A stretch of DNA of 64,000 nt from Gemmatimonadota bacterium (GTDB lineage Bacteria; Gemmatimonadota; Gemmatimonadetes; Longimicrobiales; Gaopeijiaceae). The stretch spans positions 1,056,001 to 1,120,000 of the forward strand of contig JAXHMG010000003.1 in NCBI GenBank assembly GCA_034521595.1. The letters are read 5' to 3'. The translations under genes were made by a program, and so were the position numbers. Below the pieces are notes generated by a model, which saw only the letters and a program-made list of their open reading frames with translations, did no database searches and was not told the origin of the DNA. Below are positions 22,385-31,126 of this stretch, piece after piece (within the stretch, counting starts at the first letter, position 1; the number at the start of each line of letters is the position of its first letter).

Positions 22385-22717
22385 TTAGCGATCCTCCAGG
22401 TGGAGAACGTTGCTCCCCACCCGGTGGGCCCGGACGGCCGTGAACTCGTCCAGCATGGCCTGCATGTTGTGATCGGCGGCCGGGTAGTCGTGTGCCCATG
22501 CTGCTCGACCGAATCCACCCCGCACGCCTCGATACCGTACGCGCGTGAACGCGAGACGACCGTCGTACGGTGGATTGGAGGTCTGCGGCGCGGCGGCCTT
22601 CGACTCCGGGGCGGACCCTCGATCCCCAGAAGCGTCATCAGCATCGGCGGACCAGTGAAGGGCGACGAGGATCGTTCCGAATCCCGCCAAGCGAGCGGTC
22701 GCTGAATCGGAGTCCAT
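22385..22717 (-). pseudogene. Truncated DUF4159-like gene (N-terminal fragment)
   Basis: PYDGRLAFTRVRY...WAHDYPAADHN...GSNVLHLED resembles the DUF4159 N-terminus and stops abruptly at an AT-richer junction. Confidence 0.6.
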
Positions 22718-22729
22718 CCACGTCGATAC

Positions 22730-22962
22730 AACCGTTCAGTGTGGCAGTGACGGACGATTCGGAGCGACGGTGGTGGTTCTACTCGTTGATCGGCGCCGCA
22801 GGCGGAGCTGGTGTCGGACTCGCAGCCGCCCGGTATGTGATCAACGATCCGAGCAACGCAGTTATCGAACATCCGATGCTGTTCTATGGCAGCTATGCGC
22901 TTTCGGGAGCGGGGGGAGGTGGGCTCGTGGGTTCCGCGCTCGGCATCGTGAAGACCAGATGA
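22730..22962 (+). pseudogene. Probable C-terminal fragment or small membrane protein
   Basis: Two Gly-rich hydrophobic helices (WWFYSLIGAAGGAGVGLAA; GAGGGGLVGSALG); no clear start. Confidence 0.4.
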
Positions 22963-23058
22963 ACGCCAGATCCGACCCGTGCGGGATTGACTTTCCAGGG
23001 AACCACGCAATGGTGCGCCTGCACCGCCGGGGAGTGGCGGAACCACGGGCGTTTTGGA

Positions 23059-23249
23059 GGGGCCGGGGGCACGCGCTCCCGGAGAAGCGAAGCCAGCGCC
23101 GAAGAACGCCCGGGCCTACCCGGTCGACACGACCACCGCGCCTCCCCCGGGCAGCCCCAGCCAACGCCCCCTGCAGAACACGACGAACGCAGCGCTACGA
23201 CGACCCCCGCCGTGGGCGCAGCGCCGAGGGAGCGCGTGCCCCCGGCCCC
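23059..23249. repeat. Family A repeat, third copy (inverted relative to 14234-14647)
   Basis: Core 23081-23227 matches the reverse complement of 14257-14406; own perfect 22-bp IR (23059-23080 / 23228-23249). Confidence 0.92.
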
Positions 23250-23281
23250 GCCGGCCGCACACGTCCATAGGGTAGGAAGCT

Positions 23282-23531
23282 TCACCCCAGCGGCACGATC
23301 CGTACCTCGTTGTCGTTGAACAGCGGAATGAGCAGGCGGTTTCGCATGCGGTCCAGCTCGATATCGGCGGGGGCTTCCACGCCCGTCACGGTCTGCGAGA
23401 GCGTTCCTTCGCCGTCGACGCGGATGACGGACTGCTCACCCCAGCTCGACACGAGGAAGCCTCCGTCGGCCGTGGTCACGATCCCATCGAGCTGACGCTC
23501 CGATTCCGGCATGATGTCCGTCCGCTTCCCT
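23282..23531 (-). pseudogene. C-terminal fragment of SMP-30/gluconolactonase-like beta-propeller protein
   Basis: QLDGIVTTADGGFLVSSW...APADIELD...RLLIPLFNDNEV; homology appears to end at the A-run at 23532. Confidence 0.6.
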
Positions 23532-23576
23532 AAAAAAGAGCTTGACGAAATGGAAACCCGGATCCTGCATAGGTGC

Positions 23577-24365
23577 ATGCGCATTCCAAAACGCATTCGA
23601 CCGGTCCTCCGTCGCGTCGTACCGGATTCCCTGCGGACGTACCGCGGGGATCTCTGGCGACGGCGCTTGGTGGCTGCGACGGACAGACTCTGGCGGGAAA
23701 CCGGTGGCGTGGTGCAGGGTGGCCCGTTTGCCGGGATGACGTACACCCGTACCGAGTACAGTCAGCTCGGTCCGAAGCTCCTGGGCACCTACGAGCAGGA
23801 AACCCGGGAATTCGTCCGGCGGGTCATCGCGGCCGACCCGCCCTGCGTGATCAATGTGGGTGCCGCGGAAGGGTATTACGCCGTCGGTCTGCTTACACGA
23901 ACGCGGAGGATGAGGGTGAGCGCGTTCGAGAGGAACGAGGAAGGGCGAACCTTGATGCGGGAGCTCGCGGAGCTCAATGGAGTGGCAGATCGGCTCGAGA
24001 TTCACGGAGACTGCACCCCCGGAGCATTGTCCACGTGCCTGGCGGAATGGCCGGCTTCCCCCCTGCTGATCGATATCGAGGGTGGCGAGCGGCACCTGCT
24101 CGACCCGGTCGCGGTTCCCGAGCTCGCGAAGTGCGAGATCTTGGTCGAGATGCACGAGTTCCTGGCGCCCGGGGTCACGGCCCAGATTCTGGAACGATTC
24201 GAGCCCACGCACAGCGTGCGCCGCATCCCGGCGGAGGAGCGCACGGCTCGAGCGATTCCGGCCGTCGCGGGGTTGAGCGCTTCCGATCGCGTTCGGGTAG
24301 CGTTCGAACGCTCGGCTGAAGACCAGGAGTGGCTTTGGCTGGCGCCTCACCCCCCGGGCCTGTAG
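23577..24365 (+). CDS. FkbM-like SAM-dependent methyltransferase
   Basis: GPFAGM, LLGTYEQE, INVGAAEGYYAVG, LIDIEGGE, ILVEMH. Confidence 0.75.
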   Translation: MRIPKRIRPVLRRVVPDSLRTYRGDLWRRRLVAATDRLWRETGGVVQGGPFAGMTYTRTEYSQLGPKLLGTYEQETREFVRRVIAADPPCVINVGAAEGYYAVGLLTRTRRMRVSAFERNEEGRTLMRELAELNGVADRLEIHGDCTPGALSTCLAEWPASPLLIDIEGGERHLLDPVAVPELAKCEILVEMHEFLAPGVTAQILERFEPTHSVRRIPAEERTARAIPAVAGLSASDRVRVAFERSAEDQEWLWLAPHPPGL

Positions 24366-24486
24366 ACCGGTTCGGGCCGCTCTTCGATCCGGCTACGCGA
24401 AGCGCCCGCCACGGACTGTCGTATTTACGGTCCCTTGGGTAAGGTTCTCGGGACTCGTCACGCCATTCCCGACGGATGCGCACATC

Positions 24487-25314
24487 ATGAAAAGATGGAA
24501 TCTGGGGTGCCTGCTGGCCGCGGTCGTCGCGCTGAGCGCCTGCGGAGGTGGAAGCACGCTTCCCACGCCGGAGCCCAGGGCGGAAGAGGATGCCCTGCGA
24601 GAGGATATCGAGCGGCTGCTGGAGCTCCGGGACGTCGAAGGAGTCCTGGCGGCTCGCTCGCGCGCGTTCACGCGCCGGGTCGCGATCATGATGGGCGATC
24701 CCTCCGACTCGGAGCTCGAACGCTTGGTGCCCGCTGTGGTGGACGCGTTCGCGTACGATTCGCTGTATGCGGACGTCGTGGCGTACATGAGCCAGGAGGG
24801 TACGCCGGAGCTGGCTGCGAGCGCCTTGGAGTGGATGGAGGATGGGGCGACGGCCGCGGTGCGGCGGATCGGAGAAGAGTACGAGCCGGCGCAGACCCTC
24901 GAAGAGTACTCGAACGAGATGACGGACGAGCTTCCGTCGGAAGAGCGTGTCCACCTGATCTCTGATTGGGTGGAAGCCCGAGGTGAAGGCGAGTTTTTCG
25001 TTCTCATGCAGGAAGCGCTGCGTGAGGCCGCGTTCAGGGTGCGCCGCGCGTTCAGACCCGACGCCCCGACATTCGAGCCGCTCTCGGGAGAAGAGCTGGA
25101 GATGGCCCGGGTGAACAGCCATGGCGCGAGCGTCATCCGGCTGATGCACGGCTACGCGCCCGCTCCCGACCAGCTCATTCGACGCGTGACCGCGGAGTAC
25201 GAATCCGAGGCCGGGCGTTGGTTCACGGAGGCCTACGCCATGGGCGTGGCCAGCGCCATCCGCGCCGCGGGTGAGCGCGCGACGCGACGCTTGTCGGGGA
25301 GGGATGGACGGTGA
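24487..25314 (+). CDS. Hypothetical lipoprotein
   Basis: MKRWN...ALSAC lipobox; acidic helical body. Confidence 0.75.
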   Translation: MKRWNLGCLLAAVVALSACGGGSTLPTPEPRAEEDALREDIERLLELRDVEGVLAARSRAFTRRVAIMMGDPSDSELERLVPAVVDAFAYDSLYADVVAYMSQEGTPELAASALEWMEDGATAAVRRIGEEYEPAQTLEEYSNEMTDELPSEERVHLISDWVEARGEGEFFVLMQEALREAAFRVRRAFRPDAPTFEPLSGEELEMARVNSHGASVIRLMHGYAPAPDQLIRRVTAEYESEAGRWFTEAYAMGVASAIRAAGERATRRLSGRDGR

Positions 25315-27548
25315 GGCCGGACCGCGTACAGGTCGTCGAAGAGAACCTCGACCGCTTCCTCGAATCCGCTTCGGGGAGTTCCAGGAAGCTGGCCCCCGCG
25401 GACCCGGTACGCGCAGGGTCCAGCCTGACGGCCCGTCAGGCGCTCGCTTTGTTCGAGGACCAGCTGCTGAGCCGAATGGCCGACGTGGAAGCGCGTAGGC
25501 TCAAGGCATCGGGCCGGAGCTATTACACGATCTCGTCCGCCGGCCACGAACAGAACGCGGTCGTCGGCACCCACCTCAGGACCACGGACCCTTGCTTCCT
25601 GCACTACCGGTCGGGTGGCTTGATGATGGCGCGGGGGCGAAAGCTCCCGGATCTCGACATGGCGTTCGACACCATGCTGTCGGTGTGCGCCAAGGAGGAC
25701 GACCCCATCTCGGAGGGGCGGCACAAGGTGTGGGGGAGCAGGGCGCTCTGGGTCCCTCCGCAGACCAGCACGATCGCATCGCACGTGCCCAAGGCGGTCG
25801 GAACGGCGTTCGCTCTGGGTCGCTCGAAGCGGATGGGGGTCGACCCGGGCATACCGGAGGATTCGATCGTCTGTTGCACGTTCGGCGACGCCTCAGCGAA
25901 CCACGCCACCGCGTTGACGGGAATCCAGGCCGCGCGTTACGCGAACCGGCGCGGCAATCCGCTTCCGATGCTCTTCGTGTGCGAAGACAACGGGCTCGGG
26001 ATCAGCACCGATACGCCGCGTCGCTGGATTCGGGAAAGCTTCGACGGACAAGCCCACCTCCGTTACCTCGAGGCCGATGGCGAGATCGACGACGTATGGG
26101 ACGCGGTGGAGCATGCGGTCGACGTCTGTCGCACCTCTCGTGCTCCGACCTTCCTGCGTCTCGTGACGGTGCGGTTATGGGGGCACGCCGGAAGCGACAT
26201 CGAGGCGGCGTATCGCTCACGCGCAGAGATCGAAGAAACCGAAGCTCGGGATCCCATTCTTCGAAACGCCGCACGCCTCATCGAGCTCGGGGTCGCGACG
26301 CCCGAGGAGCTGCGGGCCAAGGTCGACGCCGTGCGGAAGCGGCTCCGCGCGGCCGGTGAGGAGGCTTCGAGCCGGCGTCATCTGGATTCCGCGGAGCGCG
26401 TGATGGCCACGCTCGCGCCGTATGACGAGGCGCGTGTACGGCGGTCGGCCGAGCTCGGGGTCCCGGAGGAGGCACGCCGCGAGCTCTGGGGAGACGAGCT
26501 ACCGGAGGACGTGACCGCGCCGGTGAAGAGAACGATGGCCGCCCATCTCAGCTCGGCGATGGCCGACGAGATGCTGAAGCGGCCCGAGATGTTCGTCTTC
26601 GGTGAGGACGTGGGCCGAAAGGGTGGGGTATACTACGTGACCGCCGGGCTCCAGAAGCGATTCGGCCAGGCGCGGGTGATCGACACGCACCTGGACGAAA
26701 CGTCGATCCTGGGACTGGCGCAGGGGGCGGGGCTCCTCGGACTCCTGCCGGTGCCGGAGATCCAGTATCTGGCATACGTGCACAACGCGGTCGACCAGCT
26801 CCGTGGGGAAGCGGCCTCGCTGCAGTTCTTCAGCAGCGGTCAGTTCAGCAATCCCATGGTCGTTCGCATCGCGGGATTGGCCTACCAGAAGGGGTTCGGG
26901 GGGCATTTCCACAACGACCACTCCATCGGAGGGCTGCGCGACATTCCCGGATTGGTTCTCGCGGTGCCGAGCCGCGGGGACGATGCCGTGCGGATGCTCC
27001 GCGGTTGTCTGGCGCTCGCGAGAGAGTGCGGCCGGGTCGTGGCTTTCCTCGAGCCGATCGCCCTGTACCACCAGAAGGATCTACTGGAGGAGGGTGACGA
27101 GGGGTGGCTCTTCCCCTATCCGAAGCCCGGCGAAGCCCTCCTGCCCGGAGAGGTGGAGGTGTACGGCGAGGGGCCATTGCTCATCATCTCCTACGCGAAC
27201 GGGCTCCACATGAGCTTACGAGCGCGGGCGGAGCTGGCGAGGGAGCACGGCCTCGACGCCAGGGTGCTGGACGTTCGTTGGCTCAATCCTCTGCCGTTCG
27301 ACGCCATACGCCGGGCCGCGGCGGACGCGCAGGGGGTGCTCGTGGTCGACGAGTGCCGACGCACCGGAGGCGGCATCGCCGAAGCGGTCGTCGCCGACCT
27401 CGCGGAGAGCGGGTACGCTGGGACGCTCCGCTCGGTGCGGGCACCGGACTCGTTCATTCCGCTCGGGCCGGCCGCCGACACGGTGCTGCTCCAAAAGGCC
27501 GACATCGTGGCCGCGGCGCAGCGCATGATGGCGGCCGCCCCGGTATGA
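25311..27548 (+). CDS. TPP-dependent 2-oxoacid dehydrogenase E1, fused alpha/beta
   Basis: YTISSAGHE, GDASANH...EDN TPP motif, GHAGSD, FGEDVGRKGGV, PEIQYLAY, FLEPIALY. Confidence 0.9.
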   Translation: MRPDRVQVVEENLDRFLESASGSSRKLAPADPVRAGSSLTARQALALFEDQLLSRMADVEARRLKASGRSYYTISSAGHEQNAVVGTHLRTTDPCFLHYRSGGLMMARGRKLPDLDMAFDTMLSVCAKEDDPISEGRHKVWGSRALWVPPQTSTIASHVPKAVGTAFALGRSKRMGVDPGIPEDSIVCCTFGDASANHATALTGIQAARYANRRGNPLPMLFVCEDNGLGISTDTPRRWIRESFDGQAHLRYLEADGEIDDVWDAVEHAVDVCRTSRAPTFLRLVTVRLWGHAGSDIEAAYRSRAEIEETEARDPILRNAARLIELGVATPEELRAKVDAVRKRLRAAGEEASSRRHLDSAERVMATLAPYDEARVRRSAELGVPEEARRELWGDELPEDVTAPVKRTMAAHLSSAMADEMLKRPEMFVFGEDVGRKGGVYYVTAGLQKRFGQARVIDTHLDETSILGLAQGAGLLGLLPVPEIQYLAYVHNAVDQLRGEAASLQFFSSGQFSNPMVVRIAGLAYQKGFGGHFHNDHSIGGLRDIPGLVLAVPSRGDDAVRMLRGCLALARECGRVVAFLEPIALYHQKDLLEEGDEGWLFPYPKPGEALLPGEVEVYGEGPLLIISYANGLHMSLRARAELAREHGLDARVLDVRWLNPLPFDAIRRAAADAQGVLVVDECRRTGGGIAEAVVADLAESGYAGTLRSVRAPDSFIPLGPAADTVLLQKADIVAAAQRMMAAAPV

Positions 27549-27597
27549 CGTTGCCTGCTCCCGCGACGGAACACGGACCAGCGCCGCGGGCCGGTCC

Positions 27598-28899
27598 GTG
27601 ACGCTCGGAGGCGGTGTGCGCAGGCTCGGAAGCATCCCGTGGCGTTCGGCGGCGCGGGCCGTGGCGGTGCTCTCGCTCTTCCTTGCAGGGTCGCACGGTT
27701 CGGTTGTCGAGGCTCAGGAGCCCACGCCCGAGCTCCGTGTCTGGCTGATCACCATCGGTCCGGGCACCGCGATCTGGGAGCGGTTCGGCCACAACGCACT
27801 GCGTGTCGTCGACACGCGCACCGGGTACGACGCGTCGTACAACTGGGGCATCTTCGACTTCGAGCAGGAAGATTTCGTTCCGCGGTTCCTGCGTGGACAG
27901 ATGCTCTACATGATGGCTCCGTTCGCTTCCGAGCCGATGTTGGAGATGTACCGCAGCGCCGGGCGAGAGATCGTGGCCCAGGAGCTCGATCTCACCCCGG
28001 AACAGAAGCGGGCGTTGCGAGACTTCGCGGAGCGCAACGCTCTCCCGGAGAATCGGGAGTATCGCTACGACTACTTCCTCGACAACTGCTCGACCCGTGT
28101 GCGGGATCTCCTCGACCGAGTGCTCGGCGGAGCGCTGTTCGAACAATTCGGCGAGGAGCCGACGGGAACGTCCTACCGTTACCACACGCGGCGTCTGACC
28201 CGGCCCGACCCCGTGCTCTTCACCGGGATGGACCTTCTTCTCGGGAGCCCGGGCGACCGGCCCATCACGCGGTGGGCCGAGATGTTCATTCCGATGACGT
28301 TACGCGACGCGGTGCGCGAGGTGCGGATCGATCACGGAGGGGGCGAGCTCCGGCCCCTGGTGAAGGACGAAGAGGTGGTGGTGAAGGCGCGCGTGGCCGA
28401 GGCGCCGGACGAGCCGCCGGCCTGGGGAGCCTGGTACCTGATGCTCGGGCTCTTCCTCGGCGGCGGGCTGGCTCACCTCGGTCGACGGGCCGGGGTTGGC
28501 TCCCGGCGTGGCGCTGCCGCCTTCGGGGTCGTCGGCACGCTGTGGGCGTTCCTCGCCGGCACGGCGGGAACCATCCTCGTGTTGGTGCTGTTCACCGACC
28601 ACGCCTTCATGGCCTGGAACGAGAACCTGTTCTTCCTCAATCCGGTCGCTCTGCTGCTCGTGCCGCTGATTCCGCTGAGCCTCGTTCGCGACCGCGTCCC
28701 CCGCCTGGCGCGCGGCACGGCGCTCTTCCTGGTCGGAGCGTCCGTGCTGGAAGTCGTGCTCTCGGTGACGCCGCTCGGATCACAGCTAAACTGGCTGGAA
28801 GCGATGCTCTTCATCCCGATCCATGTCGGCCTGTGGTGGGGTCTCGAGTCGGTCGGCGCGACGGCCGGTGGCGATGAAGCCAACGCAGATCGACGGTGA
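27598..28899 (+). CDS. DUF4105 / Lnb-like membrane protein
   Basis: FGHNALRV, YNWGIFDF, QELDLT, YRYDYFLDNCSTRVRD, then C-terminal TM helices with WNEN; start uncertain. Confidence 0.8.
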   Translation: MTLGGGVRRLGSIPWRSAARAVAVLSLFLAGSHGSVVEAQEPTPELRVWLITIGPGTAIWERFGHNALRVVDTRTGYDASYNWGIFDFEQEDFVPRFLRGQMLYMMAPFASEPMLEMYRSAGREIVAQELDLTPEQKRALRDFAERNALPENREYRYDYFLDNCSTRVRDLLDRVLGGALFEQFGEEPTGTSYRYHTRRLTRPDPVLFTGMDLLLGSPGDRPITRWAEMFIPMTLRDAVREVRIDHGGGELRPLVKDEEVVVKARVAEAPDEPPAWGAWYLMLGLFLGGGLAHLGRRAGVGSRRGAAAFGVVGTLWAFLAGTAGTILVLVLFTDHAFMAWNENLFFLNPVALLLVPLIPLSLVRDRVPRLARGTALFLVGASVLEVVLSVTPLGSQLNWLEAMLFIPIHVGLWWGLESVGATAGGDEANADRR

Positions 28900-29641
28900 A
28901 GGAATACACGAGGGCGGCGAGGGCCAAGGCCGCCGAGGTGACGGCCAAGACCGTGGGCACGGGCGGGCCGAGCGCCACGAGGAGCGCGACGGTCTGGATG
29001 ACGCAGACGGCCTTGCGACGGACGCTCGGGGGAAGGGGAGCCTCGAGGTGGGGCAGGAGGCGTCCGGCCAGGACGAAGGCGTACCGGATGAGACCGATCC
29101 CGAGCACCCACGGCCCGATCGGGGTGCTCGTCCAAACAAGCGCCGACAAGGCGAGGATCAAGAACGCGTCGAGCTCCATGTCGAAGCGGGCGCCGAATGG
29201 GGTGTGGGTATCGGTGACGCGGGCGAGCCAACCGTCGACCCCGTCCAGAACCGAGGCAGCGGCACCGAGACCGATCACCCACCATGCCGCGGGGCCTTCC
29301 ACCATGCCGGGTACCAGGACCAGCGCGGCGACCGGTAGGGTGAGCGTGGCCCGGAAGAGGGTGACCCGGTTCGCCCATCCGATGCCAGGGCGGGGTAGGT
29401 GGACGGGGAGGAACGCGATCAAGAGGGTCGCGAGCACCCCGTATCCCCCGACCAGGACGACGGAGTACGCCGCCGGCAATCCCAGCGCGCTCCGCGTCAC
29501 GGTCCCGATCCCGAGCAGCGCGGCGAAGGCTACGAGGAGGTCGCCCGCCGCACGCCAGCGGACCGGCGCCCGGTGGGGCGGTGCGGCGGACGCTGTGTCG
29601 CCCTCCGGCGAATCGGTGAGGTTCCGGTGGGGGAGTGTCAA
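28811..29641 (-). CDS. CDP-alcohol phosphatidyltransferase family protein
   Basis: ANRVTLFR, LDGVDGWLAR...FGARFDMELD signature; start uncertain. Confidence 0.9.
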   Translation of the reverse strand: MTLPHRNLTDSPEGDTASAAPPHRAPVRWRAAGDLLVAFAALLGIGTVTRSALGLPAAYSVVLVGGYGVLATLLIAFLPVHLPRPGIGWANRVTLFRATLTLPVAALVLVPGMVEGPAAWWVIGLGAAASVLDGVDGWLARVTDTHTPFGARFDMELDAFLILALSALVWTSTPIGPWVLGIGLIRYAFVLAGRLLPHLEAPLPPSVRRKAVCVIQTVALLVALGPPVPTVLAVTSAALALAALVYSFTVDLRWLHRHRPSRRPTRDPTTGRHGSG

Positions 29642-29673
29642 CGGCGTGTCCGGCGGAAGGAGGTGAGGTCGAG

Positions 29674-30687
29674 ATGAGCGAACCGATACGCACCCGCGCG
29701 TTCTGGGTCCGCGCGCCCGGCCGTGGCGACATCGTGGAAGAGACGGTTCCCCCGCGGGGCGAGGACGAGGTCCTGGTCGAAGCTTCCTACTCGGGAGTCA
29801 GCCGCGGCACCGAAGCGCTGGTCTTTCGGGGCGAAGTGCCCGTCTCACAATACCAGGAAATGCGCGCGCCGTTTCAAGAAGGGGATTTCCCGGGCCCCGT
29901 GAAGTACGGGTACGGCAGCGTGGGCAGGGTGGTGGACACACCGGGCGAGCACGAAAGCCTTCTGGGCCGCTCCGTTTTCTGTCTGTTTCCGCACCAGGAT
30001 CGGTATGTCGTCCCCGTGACGGCGCTCACCCTGCTTCCCGACGGGGTTCCGGAGGGCCGCGGGGTGTTGGCGGCCAACATGGAGACCGCGATCAACGTGG
30101 TGTGGGACGCGGGCCTGAGCGTGGGGGACCGGGTCATCGTGCTCGGCGGCGGCGTGGTCGGCCTGCTCGTCACGTGGCTGGCGGCACGGGTGCCCGGGGT
30201 CGAGCTCCTCCTGGTGGATCCGAATCCGGCGCGTGCGGAGATCGCGAGGGCGTTCGGCGCGCGCTTTACCACGGAGGTGACTCGGGAAGAGCCGGCGGCC
30301 GACGTCGTGATCCACGCCAGCGGCGCGCCGGACGGTCTTCGCACGGCGCTGGGCTCGGCCGGCGTCGAAGCTCGGATCGTCGAGGCGAGCTGGTACGGGT
30401 CCCGAACCGTGCCGCTTCCACTCGGCGAGGCATTCCACTCCCGGCGCCTGACGCTCAGGAGCAGCCAGGTGGGCCGGATCCCACCGGATCGAGCCGCGCG
30501 GTGGACGCACCGCCGGCGCTTGGCGACGGCGGTGGCACTTCTGGACGATCCCGCTTTGGATCTCCTCATCAGCGGGGAGAGCCCGTTCGAGGACCTCCCC
30601 GGAGTGATGGCGACGCTGGCCGCCGAAGGAAGTGGCACACTGTGCCACCGGATCCGGTACCACGACGTGGAGCGCGAGTCGCGATAG
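29674..30687 (+). CDS. Zinc-binding (MDR family) alcohol dehydrogenase
   Basis: SGVSRGTE, PVKYGY, PHQD, GGGVVG Rossmann motif, ASWYG, FHSRRL.LRSSQV; GAGGTG RBS. Confidence 0.88.
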   Translation: MSEPIRTRAFWVRAPGRGDIVEETVPPRGEDEVLVEASYSGVSRGTEALVFRGEVPVSQYQEMRAPFQEGDFPGPVKYGYGSVGRVVDTPGEHESLLGRSVFCLFPHQDRYVVPVTALTLLPDGVPEGRGVLAANMETAINVVWDAGLSVGDRVIVLGGGVVGLLVTWLAARVPGVELLLVDPNPARAEIARAFGARFTTEVTREEPAADVVIHASGAPDGLRTALGSAGVEARIVEASWYGSRTVPLPLGEAFHSRRLTLRSSQVGRIPPDRAARWTHRRRLATAVALLDDPALDLLISGESPFEDLPGVMATLAAEGSGTLCHRIRYHDVERESR

Positions 30688-30727
30688 CCCGGCTCCACCC
30701 CTGATCTCCAACCTGCGAGCAACCCAC

Positions 30728-31126
30728 GTGTACAGTCTCACCGTTCGTGACCACTTCATGATCGCGCACAGCTTCCAGGGAGAGGTGTTCGGTCCCGCCC
30801 AGGGCCTGCACGGCGCCACGTACGTCGTGGACGCCACCTTTCGTCGCCAGGCGCTCGACGCCCACGGGCTGGTCGTGGACATCGGCCGGGCCCGGGACGT
30901 CCTGCGGGAGATCCTGGCCGAGCTCGACTACCGGAATCTCGACGAGATCGAGCGCTTCGAGGGACGGAACACCACGACCGAGTTCCTCGCCCGCGAGGTG
31001 TTCGACCGCATGGCGGACGGGCTCCGTAGCGGTCGGCTCGGGGACGGTGGCAAGGGGGTGGAGCGCGTGTGCGTGACGCTACACGAGTCTCACGTCGCCT
31101 GGGCCAGCTTCGAGGACGCCGTTTGA
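30728..31126 (+). CDS. 6-pyruvoyl-tetrahydropterin synthase/QueD-family homolog (PTPS-IV-like)
   Basis: DHFMIAHSF.GEVFGPAQ.LHGATY, LDYRNLD, NTTTEFLA, LHES; lacks the QueD C.xxHGH motif. Confidence 0.88.
   Translation: MYSLTVRDHFMIAHSFQGEVFGPAQGLHGATYVVDATFRRQALDAHGLVVDIGRARDVLREILAELDYRNLDEIERFEGRNTTTEFLAREVFDRMADGLRSGRLGDGGKGVERVCVTLHESHVAWASFEDAV

Noticed and set aside
23025-23042. GCCGGGGAGTGGCGGAA resembling a tRNA-Leu 5' end downstream of TTGACT
   Set aside because: Too short, no cloverleaf follows, and it is equally explained as a small GC hairpin.
30728-31126. queD / queuosine or 7-deazaguanine DNA-modification system
   Set aside because: Lacks the QueD motif, and no folE, queC, queE or dpdA is nearby; the context fits the RibA-linked PTPS subfamily.
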